A stretch of 25,518 nucleotides of DNA, taken from positions 1 through 25,518 of IMG/VR virus record IMGVR_UViG_3300021368_000025. One strand, written 5' to 3'. This document shows, piece by piece, positions 1 through 7,066 of the stretch (within the stretch, counting starts at the first letter, position 1; every line of letters begins with the position of its first letter). A program made the position numbers and the translations under genes. Source of the stretch: a virus (Duplodnaviria > Caudoviricetes). The notes beneath the pieces are model-generated. The model worked only from the letters and a program-made list of their open reading frames with translations, did not search any database and had not been told where the DNA came from.

Positions 1-429
1 AAGCTCACGGACTACTGGATTCACTAGATCCATTGTAGCAGTGTTGCCAGCAGAGGTCAATACTTTTATGATCGGTGGGACCACTTGTAATATTGCCACA
101 ACGGTTGCCAGCACTGCGCCAGCACCTATCACAAACTTAGCATTCACTTCTACTTTCTTCTGGAGAGCAGACACTCTGGTGTGGATAGTTTCATTATCCT
201 TTTCGTGGCGTTCTTTCATCTCCTCAAGCATACCGATAATCAATTTATCTGCCCTCTCGCTTTCATCTAATCTGTTTTCATGTCGCTCTAAAATAACAGC
301 AATCTTATTGCTGTTGTCAGAAATAGTCCCGACTGCTTTTTCTAGTTTGTCAAGCATCTCCTTAGAGAGATCTTCATAAATGTTCAGTTTTGATTCCAAA
401 ACTGCTAATCTACCAAGACCGAACGCCAT
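1..429 (-). CDS. Hypothetical coiled-coil protein with a C-terminal hydrophobic (putative transmembrane) segment; 3' end runs off the window
   Basis: Not in the ORF track. ATG at 429 is preceded by AGAGGAG. The frame reads MAFGLGRLAVLESKLNIYEDLSKEMLDKLEKAV...KFVIGAGAVLATVVAILQVVPPIIKVL... and stays open to position 1. Confidence 0.8.
   Translation of the reverse strand, partial: MAFGLGRLAVLESKLNIYEDLSKEMLDKLEKAVGTISDNSNKIAVILERHENRLDESERADKLIIGMLEEMKERHEKDNETIHTRVSALQKKVEVNAKFVIGAGAVLATVVAILQVVPPIIKVLTSAGNTATMDLVNPVVREL
32..60 (-). promoter_or_regulatory. Sigma70-type promoter TTGACC-N17-TACAAT, driving the gene(s) just left of the window
   Basis: Minus strand reads TTGACC TCTGCTGGCAACACTGC TACAAT: near-consensus -35 and -10 with an exact 17-nt spacer. 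Confidence 0.7.
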
Positions 430-441
430 TGTACTCCTCTA

Positions 442-1149
442 TCAGTTATTACGGATAGCAAAGTCAAGAGCAGATTGATAAGTGGCGGCATCTTTGTTAA
501 GCATGTAACGGAACTGCTGTTGCTTGGGTTCATCCAACTGAGCATATGTAGCAGCGATACGCTTAGCAGAGAAACTGTCTAGGTTCTGCTGGGTGCCATC
601 ACCAAAAGTGATCTTGGCAAAGGAAGTTTCACCGTTAGGGTTTAGTTCCGAAGTAGCAACACCAAGAGCGACTTCAAGAGCATCAGTAGTTTCAGTAATC
701 ATAGTATCATCCATAGTAATTTCTTCTTTCTTCAATTTCTTAGTCTGGTCACTTGCTTTCTTTTTGAAATCAGAAAGACGTGCCTTCATAAGTGTGTCCA
801 TTTCTTTCGTCTTGGACTGCATCTTCTTCTTAGCGTCATCACGCTTCTTCTGAAGATCCTTAGCACGGTTCAGTTTCTTCATCTGACCGATTTGCTTCTG
901 TGCTCTCTCAGTTTCTGAGGGCACAGCTTCAGAAATAATAGTTTCTTCTACCTGTTCTTTCATTTTCTTACGTTTAGTGATACGAGAGAGCATTGATTTA
1001 GCACCCTTAGTTCTGCCGTCAACTTTATCCGAGTTCTTATATGTCCTACGCTTCTTAGTATTAACGAAGACAAAGGCAGGTGGCATAGCGAGACCACTGC
1101 CATCGCCTGCCATCATTTCATTCAGATTAGATTCAGTTGCTTCAGACAT
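442..1149 (-). CDS. Hypothetical Lys/Glu-rich protein, possibly virion/head-associated
   Basis: 235-aa ORF in the co-directional late block. It has a VDGRTK motif, a charged coiled-coil region and several I/L-x-E sites. The start could instead be the MM near 1116. Confidence 0.7.
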   Translation of the reverse strand: MSEATESNLNEMMAGDGSGLAMPPAFVFVNTKKRRTYKNSDKVDGRTKGAKSMLSRITKRKKMKEQVEETIISEAVPSETERAQKQIGQMKKLNRAKDLQKKRDDAKKKMQSKTKEMDTLMKARLSDFKKKASDQTKKLKKEEITMDDTMITETTDALEVALGVATSELNPNGETSFAKITFGDGTQQNLDSFSAKRIAATYAQLDEPKQQQFRYMLNKDAATYQSALDFAIRNN

Positions 1150-1478
1150 TCCTGGTTAACATCAACGTTTAAACTTTCGGGTAATCTATTTAGAAAAAGC
1201 ATAAATGCTTTTAGAATTGACCAATACGTTGCCTCTATCTTATAAAAGAGTAGAGGCGTAGCAGCATCGTCAAACACATTATACATTACAATGATGTGAT
1301 TTAATATAAGGTGGGTTTTCAACTCACCAGTAGTATCATAACGACGAAGTAATCTTTTGATATACTTAATTCTATTTAGATCTTCTTCAAAGTCACTGTA
1401 CGTGACTGATGTGGGATTATCATAATGTTTAATAGCAAACATTACCCAGTTCTCATGGGTCAATTCATCAAATAACAT
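1122..1478 (-). CDS. Conserved hypothetical T4-like phage protein
   Basis: 118 aa (MLFDELTHENWVMFAIKHYDNP...EEDLNRIKYIKRLLRRY...HLILNHIIVMYNVF), resembling a family I recall as widespread in marine T4-like phages. Confidence 0.8.
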   Translation of the reverse strand: MLFDELTHENWVMFAIKHYDNPTSVTYSDFEEDLNRIKYIKRLLRRYDTTGELKTHLILNHIIVMYNVFDDAATPLLFYKIEATYWSILKAFMLFLNRLPESLNVDVNQECLKQLNLI

Positions 1479-1484
1479 CCCTCA

Positions 1485-2060
1485 TCAGGCAGTAGTTACA
1501 GTAGCAGTAGCAGAGATTACTTCAGAAGCACCATTGGTTGAGGTGAGTTTGACTCTGTAATCACCAGCATCAGATTCAGCATAAGGATCAACATCATAGG
1601 TGGGTTGATTAGCACCGATGTTTGTCCAGCGTCTGCCAGACTTCTTCTGCCACTGATACTGAAGCGTGGAAGCATCACCAGGAGGTGTGGAAATAGCAGC
1701 AACGCTCAAGGATAGTGGATCACCAACAGCAACTGCCTGAGTAGCAGGTTGAGTATTGATGGTAATGATAACAGAAACATCTGCTGCTGCCGCGTCGTCT
1801 GCCTGGGTCTCATTAGCGTTGAGATCAGGACCAGCAATGGTTACCAGCATCTCTGCCTTGTGACGGGTGTTACCTTCCGTATCGGTATAGGTAAAATAGG
1901 ACCACCAACCAGGAGCATTTAGACCACGCGCCTTATTCTCGGCAAGTGCTGCTTCAGTGTCGTCAATGAATAGGATTTGTTTTGCTTGGGACGAAGGCGA
2001 TACTCCACGACCTGCTTTGGTCTTGTTAGCATTGCTGTCCGTTCTACCGTATAAGGACAT
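1485..2060 (-). CDS. Ig-like (I-set) domain protein, probable virion surface/decoration protein
   Basis: The C-terminal part has an Ig pattern: ITINTQP..., LSLSVAA, YQWQK, ESDAGDYRVKL. A TATAAATA late promoter and a GGAG RBS lie upstream. Confidence 0.8.
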   Translation of the reverse strand: MSLYGRTDSNANKTKAGRGVSPSSQAKQILFIDDTEAALAENKARGLNAPGWWSYFTYTDTEGNTRHKAEMLVTIAGPDLNANETQADDAAAADVSVIITINTQPATQAVAVGDPLSLSVAAISTPPGDASTLQYQWQKKSGRRWTNIGANQPTYDVDPYAESDAGDYRVKLTSTNGASEVISATATVTTA

Positions 2061-2090
2061 TGTATCTCCAGGGACTACTTTTCTATTATG

Positions 2091-2098
2091 TATTTATA
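2091..2098 (-). promoter_or_regulatory. T4-type (gp55) late promoter TATAAATA
   Basis: Exact TATAAATA 30 nt upstream of the ATG at 2060, directly after a terminator U-tract. Confidence 0.8.
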
Positions 2099-2124
2099 AA
2101 AAAAGGGGACCTAAAGGTCCCCCT
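2098..2124 (-). terminator. Intrinsic terminator
   Basis: Minus strand AAGGGGACC-TTTA-GGTCCCCTT followed by a T run, just after the stop of 2132..2347. Confidence 0.85.
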
Positions 2125-2131
2125 TACGAGG

Positions 2132-2347
2132 TCATTCTGCTGCTGGTTCTTCTTTTCTAGCTAGAAGAGCTTTCTCAACTACATCAAGTAGTTGATCATC
2201 AACATCAGTCTTGGTTAGCGAGACTGCTTTTCTAAGGATATGAAGGCAGATCTCAACAAGCTTCTCGCCAAGTTCCTCATCATTGGGAAGTTTAGCAAGA
2301 GCAGCATCAACAATCTTTGATGCTAGGGGGAGTAGGAAGGCAAGCAT
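2132..2347 (-). CDS. Small hypothetical protein
   Basis: 71-aa ORF (MLAFLLPLASKIVDAALAKLP...KTDVDDQLL) between an ATAAATA motif and a terminator. Confidence 0.75.
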   Translation of the reverse strand: MLAFLLPLASKIVDAALAKLPNDEELGEKLVEICLHILRKAVSLTKTDVDDQLLDVVEKALLARKEEPAAE

Positions 2348-2370
2348 TGGTCCATGGCATAGTGCATGAA

Positions 2371-2604
2371 CTATTTATTCTTGTTCTTATGCTTCCAAGC
2401 AGTAGCATAAGCAATTCCCTCTTTCTCTTTAGGATAGTTCTTTTTTATATGCTTGACCATCCGTTCATACTTTTTTCCAGGAGGTGCTACCTCCTCTAGA
2501 TCAACAGATTCTTTTTGCTGACTAGTAAGGGCTTTGAGAATATACTTTTTAGTTTTCTTTTTCTCTCCCTTATCTTTCGGGGCACCGTCTTCAATGCTAG
2601 GCAT
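2371..2604 (-). CDS. Basic hypothetical protein; probably also, or mainly, the -1 frameshift extension of 2625..3413
   Basis: 77-aa ORF with no clear SD before its ATG. The frame is open upstream to the A_AAA_AAG heptamer at 2628-2634. Confidence 0.65.
   Translation of the reverse strand: MPSIEDGAPKDKGEKKKTKKYILKALTSQQKESVDLEEVAPPGKKYERMVKHIKKNYPKEKEGIAYATAWKHKNKNK
2372..2378 (-). promoter_or_regulatory. Probable late promoter ATAAATA overlapping the stop of 2371..2604
   Basis: ATAAATA 24 nt upstream of the ATG at 2347. Confidence 0.55.
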
Positions 2605-2650
2605 TACTTCGACAGATGCCGAACTTACTTTTTTTCTTCTTCGATCTCCT
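2581..2650 (-). promoter_or_regulatory. Putative programmed -1 ribosomal frameshift signal
   Basis: AGGAG (2646-2650), 11-nt spacer, in-frame A_AAA_AAG (2628-2634), UAA, then a stem-loop starting 7 nt after the heptamer (2581-2620). Confidence 0.65.
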
Positions 2651-3413
2651 TAGCGAGCTCAGCAGATTCCTTCATCTTCTTTTTCTTGCCGATCAGTTTG
2701 GTAACTTTCTTACGGCGAGCAAGTAGATACTTGTCAGACTTATCGTGGTCACCGTCATTGTCGATGTCCTTGTCTTCCTTACCTACGGGATCAAGTTTCT
2801 TCTCGGTGATCTCATCGCCAGTTGGTTCGTAACCTGCCTTGACACAGTTGTCTACAGTCTTACCACCTTTCTTTTTGGTGCCAGCAAGCTTGTAACCTTT
2901 CCAACATGCTTTACCGTCTAGACCCTTTGCCTTACCTTCAATAACATACTCAACGCCATTGAGTTCAAAGGTATAAGACTCTTTCTTCATATTCTTATCT
3001 TCCTTCTGACACTTGGAGCACCCCTTCCCGTTACAGTAAGAGCAGTCCCCACAGGATTCTTTCGCAACCACCTTCGTGGTGTCTTTAATCTCTGCTCCAT
3101 GAGACTGTTTGACACCTGCACCGACACGTAGATTGGTAGCAGGATCAGGAGCACCCGCATTTGCTTTGGGATCTTTTGTAGAAAAATCATCTTCTTTATT
3201 CTCCTTGCCAGAGAGGTCAGGGATAGAAGTGGAAGCATCAGCACCACCTTCTCTAGTTGGTGTCTCAGGTCCTTGCTTCATTTCAGCAGGGATACTTTCT
3301 TGGAGATGCTGACCGAAACCACCGCCGCTCATCCAGCGACCATAGGATTCAACTAGAGCTTTCGAGAAGTCATCATTATGTTTAATATCAGTCGTTGGTT
3401 TTTGGCGTTCCAT
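2625..3413 (-). CDS. Late-expressed modular low-complexity protein, probably head/prohead-associated
   Basis: 262 aa downstream of TATAAATA. Modules include CxxCxxCxGxGCxxC, KACWKGYK...KTVDNCVK and DKDIDNDGDHDKSD, separated by xES/xTE-type sites. Confidence 0.75.
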   Translation of the reverse strand: MERQKPTTDIKHNDDFSKALVESYGRWMSGGGFGQHLQESIPAEMKQGPETPTREGGADASTSIPDLSGKENKEDDFSTKDPKANAGAPDPATNLRVGAGVKQSHGAEIKDTTKVVAKESCGDCSYCNGKGCSKCQKEDKNMKKESYTFELNGVEYVIEGKAKGLDGKACWKGYKLAGTKKKGGKTVDNCVKAGYEPTGDEITEKKLDPVGKEDKDIDNDGDHDKSDKYLLARRKKVTKLIGKKKKMKESAELAKEIEEEKK

Positions 3414-3660
3414 TATTTGTAAAGATACTACTTTTCCTTTCTTTATTTATAGTCTCTTGTACTTCACGTATGTCAGATACCCAAGCACGGAACATATCAC
3501 CACTCTCAGTAATAGCGATAACATAGTTAGGACCAGCACGATGTACCCTTCCTTTCTCTCCTGTATTGGTATTAAACACTAGATCTCCTGGTTGATAAAC
3601 CTCTTTCAGGCGAAACCGTTGCTGGTCTGCCGTCTTTTTGATGTCCCTAAAATCTCTCAT
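3388..3660 (-). CDS. Small hypothetical protein, possible SH3/KOW-like beta-barrel
   Basis: 90 aa with an ATGA overlap with the nucleotidyltransferase. The pattern YQPGDLV...GEKGRVHRAGPNYVIAITESGDMFRAWVSDI suggests short beta-strands. Confidence 0.75.
   Translation of the reverse strand: MRDFRDIKKTADQQRFRLKEVYQPGDLVFNTNTGEKGRVHRAGPNYVIAITESGDMFRAWVSDIREVQETINKERKSSIFTNNGTPKTND
3444..3451 (-). promoter_or_regulatory. T4-type late promoter TATAAATA, embedded in the upstream CDS
   Basis: Exact TATAAATA 30 nt upstream of the ATG at 3413. Confidence 0.75.
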
Positions 3661-4208
3661 TTGATACCCATTGCTTTTCGGACTTCCATAAACAGTTCCA
3701 TCTTCTTTTCGATGTTCAATGTATCAGGAATACCAGTTTGGAAAGAAACAAAGTCTGCTTCTGCTGCTGCTTTTCTCATCTTACTTGCTGACATACCAGC
3801 GGCACCATCAGCATCGGGATCACGATCACCAGCAGAGACTACATCAATGTTTCGGAAAGTATACTCAATACCATTATACTTTGTCAACATACCTGTAAAG
3901 GAAGCAACACGATCGCTACCAACTACCATGGTGACATCTTCATAAGTTCCTTGTAAATGCTGTAACACATGGATCGGTGTCTTAATATCTGTGTTGTATT
4001 GAATACTCTTAGCATGTTTAGGGAACATGAGTTTCATATACTTCACCTTTACATCAGACTTTAGAGGGTTCTTTTTCTTATCCAGCGAGTGACTAGTAAA
4101 AATAAGATAGTCATCCGTGCCAGCTTGCTTAGCAACTGCTTGGATCAACTTCTCATGTCCGATAGTAGGTGGATTAAACCTACCAAAAGTAAAGACTGCT
4201 CTACTCAT
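3657..4208 (-). CDS. Cytidylyltransferase-like (HIGH-superfamily) nucleotidyltransferase
   Basis: FTFGRFNPPTIGH (T/HxGH motif), VVGSDR, and MSASKMR (SxS/T motif as in the NadD/CoaD/TagD families). Confidence 0.88.
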   Translation of the reverse strand: MSRAVFTFGRFNPPTIGHEKLIQAVAKQAGTDDYLIFTSHSLDKKKNPLKSDVKVKYMKLMFPKHAKSIQYNTDIKTPIHVLQHLQGTYEDVTMVVGSDRVASFTGMLTKYNGIEYTFRNIDVVSAGDRDPDADGAAGMSASKMRKAAAEADFVSFQTGIPDTLNIEKKMELFMEVRKAMGIK

Positions 4209-5416
4209 TTCCCGTCAACCCAATCCTTTGATACATTAAAGTTAGCAACACTGAACTGTAGACGGTCCACTAATTTAACTGCCGTGGCATCCTCTTGGAT
4301 AGCAACATATCCTTCTGGAGAGGTTACCTCGTAACCATTCTCACTTCTCAGATAGGTACGAATTTTCTCACCCTTCTCCAGTTTACGAATGAAGAGTAGT
4401 TTAGCTTGCTGTAATGTAGTATATAGACCCACTGTTTTAAGAAGAGCAGTTTCATTTGCTTCAATAAAGTCTAGACCATCATATAGTTTCTTCAGTTTAC
4501 CTGCTTTTGCTTTTGGTGTCTTAACTTTGTCTGCTGCCTTCTTCACTTCCCCCTCAAAATATTGTTTAAAATCACGTACAAAGTTAGAAGCACTACTAAC
4601 TCGTCGTCCCTGTCTGACATACGTGTTGAAATAGATCTTGAGTCGGGGTCCTACAGTTAACTGATCGTTTGCTTCGATCTGTTCTGCTACACTATCTAGA
4701 AATGACGCTGATTGATTTACTAGAGTAGTAGATGCTCTCTTCATACTCTTTAGCTTATTAACTTCTTGCTGAGTAAGAAGAACATCTTTACCAAGTTGGT
4801 CAGTCTCAGCACTGAGTACAAGCACATCATCAGTTTGCTTGAGTTGATTTATATCGTAACCAAAAGTAGCAGACAGAGAATCAACACTGTTGCCTCTATA
4901 CGTTGTGTGAAAGACAACTCCGATCTTGGCCCTCTTTGCCTTCTCGTAGAGAGCGGAGCTTTCTGGTATGCAATATGTAATTGTGTTAGGGGTGAACGTG
5001 ATACATCGTTCTCCGTTAATTGTTTCATACTTCTTGTCGTCTGTGAACAGAAGATCCCCTTGTGCCACCCCATTAATACCAAGGGCAGGAAAATACTTAA
5101 GGGCATCTTTTAGTTTAGAAACAAGTCCAGGAGCATGACCATGATTGACATCAACATCAGTGTCTCTAAAATTAATCTTGGCATTTTTGTTGAACACCGA
5201 CTTGGTGCCCACAAAAAATCTAGATGAACCAGGATAGGTCCCACAGAAAATAGCAGGAGCACCATCCCATTTCGTAGTAATTTTGAATGTATTCTTTTGT
5301 TTGCCACTGAATGTCTGGGCAAGTTCATCCAAGAACATGAAAGCATCTCTTGCTCCTTGACTACCGTCAAAGAGGATACTGTCTTCTAAGTGTTCTAGGT
5401 GGGTGTTCTTAGACAT
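4205..5416 (-). CDS. Conserved phage protein with ATP-dependent ligase/covalent nucleotidyltransferase-like motifs
   Basis: 403 aa: TTKWDGAP (motif I KxDG), QGDLLF (motif III-like), PEGYV (motif IV), VKLVDR (motif V-like), and an N-terminal HLEHLED. The CDS is secure; the function is inferred. Confidence 0.7.
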   Translation of the reverse strand: MSKNTHLEHLEDSILFDGSQGARDAFMFLDELAQTFSGKQKNTFKITTKWDGAPAIFCGTYPGSSRFFVGTKSVFNKNAKINFRDTDVDVNHGHAPGLVSKLKDALKYFPALGINGVAQGDLLFTDDKKYETINGERCITFTPNTITYCIPESSALYEKAKRAKIGVVFHTTYRGNSVDSLSATFGYDINQLKQTDDVLVLSAETDQLGKDVLLTQQEVNKLKSMKRASTTLVNQSASFLDSVAEQIEANDQLTVGPRLKIYFNTYVRQGRRVSSASNFVRDFKQYFEGEVKKAADKVKTPKAKAGKLKKLYDGLDFIEANETALLKTVGLYTTLQQAKLLFIRKLEKGEKIRTYLRSENGYEVTSPEGYVAIQEDATAVKLVDRLQFSVANFNVSKDWVDGK

Positions 5417-6849
5417 CAGTACAGTTTTCCGAAAGGTCCGAAGCGGTCGCCCTTCTTCTGGGCGAGGAACGACATGTCAGTCATGAACTGGTTACGTTCC
5501 TTTTCTTTCATGCCCATGAGCATGTCAAGGAAGTACAGTTGCATCATCTTTGACGTAGCAACGTGGGTTTCTGTACCAAGAACAACCATGAGATTGTTGA
5601 CTGCCTCGTCTTCATCGACAACAGTGTCAACCCCCTTTTGCCTCAGTGACTTGATTATCTTAGCATACTCACCCTGTACCTTGGTGAAGTCAGTCAGACT
5701 CTTTGGATACTGTCCATGCCTGTTGTCAAACCTGACTCCATAGTCAATCATCAGTTTTCTTACCATGTCAACAGGTGCCTTACCTAGGCGAGCAGCGCCT
5801 GCTCCCTCTTGTGTAGGTTCCCACTTCAGATTAGAGAATCCAGAACTATCGTTGCCTTTGATCTGAAAATTGTATACAGACTTAGGTGCCTGTACAAAAA
5901 TTCTGGTGTCTTGTGTGCCAAATGAAGTAACACCTTTCTTGTTTTTACCCAAAGATAAGTCAATCTTGACCTTATCTATTTCAAAATACATCTGTTTGTA
6001 TGACTCAAACGCCGCTTCGTCTAAGTTTACCCTCTCATATCTTGCTTCTTTACCCGAGATTTTCTTGAGTGATACTCCAACGATAATCTCATCCCTAAAC
6101 ATTGTTCTAAGGATAGCATTTAGTTCTTGGATGGTTTGACTGCTACCACCATCAACTAGATCTTGAATTTGTCTAATAGTTTTATTAGAATCCTTGATCA
6201 ACCATATGTCAGCAGGGTTCCAATTGTCTTTCTGGGAGATTTGATACTTGGTTCTAACGAGATCAGTAACCCATTTCATGAATCCACCATCACGATTGAA
6301 CTCAGTAAACCTAGGATTAGCGTACTCAACCAGCATAGTCTTCTGCTGCTTGTAGTAATCATCTAACCATGAGTCATCAAACTCTAATTGTGATCTCTTC
6401 CATATCTTTTGTAGCGCCATGTACGCCACACGATCCTTTCGGATATCTTCTGAAGAATTATATCTTTTGTTCTCTCTAAGAACTCGCTTCAAGATATAAG
6501 CAGACCCTCTTTCTTGAGCAGCAGTAGTCTTAGCATCTGGTTGTCCGCCACCAGCAGTCTTACCTGTAATTTCAAAGACTATTTTCTTGTTATCAAGATC
6601 AATTTGATACTTGTCTCTGCTAGATAGACCACCAGGATTCTTAGCAATGACATCCAGCAACATAGAACTATTCAGATAGATCTTATAAGTGCCTTGTCTA
6701 TTAGTAGGCCACTTAAATCCACTATCTGCTTTCTCTGGTCTCAACCAACCAGATGTAGCAACCTCTTCTAAGATAGCTTTCAGTGCTGCCTTTGCTGGAT
6801 TGGGCACTGGAGATACTATCTGAGATATATTAGCAGGTTGTTTTGCCAT
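5416..6849 (-). CDS. Hypothetical protein, putative PD-(D/E)xK-fold nuclease-like
   Basis: 477 aa with a GGAGG RBS. It contains TTAAQE, WNPADIW and IVGVSLKK, an E...PxD...SxK arrangement seen in restriction-like folds. The function is inferred. Confidence 0.6.
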   Translation of the reverse strand: MAKQPANISQIVSPVPNPAKAALKAILEEVATSGWLRPEKADSGFKWPTNRQGTYKIYLNSSMLLDVIAKNPGGLSSRDKYQIDLDNKKIVFEITGKTAGGGQPDAKTTAAQERGSAYILKRVLRENKRYNSSEDIRKDRVAYMALQKIWKRSQLEFDDSWLDDYYKQQKTMLVEYANPRFTEFNRDGGFMKWVTDLVRTKYQISQKDNWNPADIWLIKDSNKTIRQIQDLVDGGSSQTIQELNAILRTMFRDEIIVGVSLKKISGKEARYERVNLDEAAFESYKQMYFEIDKVKIDLSLGKNKKGVTSFGTQDTRIFVQAPKSVYNFQIKGNDSSGFSNLKWEPTQEGAGAARLGKAPVDMVRKLMIDYGVRFDNRHGQYPKSLTDFTKVQGEYAKIIKSLRQKGVDTVVDEDEAVNNLMVVLGTETHVATSKMMQLYFLDMLMGMKEKERNQFMTDMSFLAQKKGDRFGPFGKLY

Positions 6850-6882
6850 AAAAAAAATCCTCCCCTAATATTTAGGGAAGGG
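6850..6882 (-). terminator. Hairpin/terminator containing a late-promoter-like CTAAATA and the RBS of the next gene
   Basis: Minus strand CCTTCCCTAA-ATA-TTAGGGGAGG-A-TTTTTTTT-ATG. Confidence 0.7.
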
Positions 6883-7066
6883 AATTTAAGTAATCCTTTT
6901 CATTCTGATAGGGATGTTTCTTTTTAGTCCAGATCTCATATCCTTCTACAACATCTGGAATTAACCACTGGTCCACGCGATAGCAATACTTCCAGTTGAC
7001 AGGTTGAATACAATTCATCACGACAACTTGGAAGAATGCTACCACATGAATCCAGAGACTATACAC
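6872..7066 (-). CDS. Small hypothetical protein with a hydrophobic N-terminus
   Basis: Probable GTG start at 7066, overlapping the thioredoxin stop: MYSLWIHVVAFFQVVVMNCIQPVNWKYCYRVDQW. The track start at 7150 would overlap thioredoxin too far. Confidence 0.65.
   Translation of the reverse strand: MYSLWIHVVAFFQVVVMNCIQPVNWKYCYRVDQWLIPDVVEGYEIWTKKKHPYQNEKDYLNSLP

Noticed and set aside
41-379. 112-aa plus-strand ORF
   Set aside because: The minus-strand frame 1..429 has a clear RBS and a plausible protein; this ORF is its antisense shadow.
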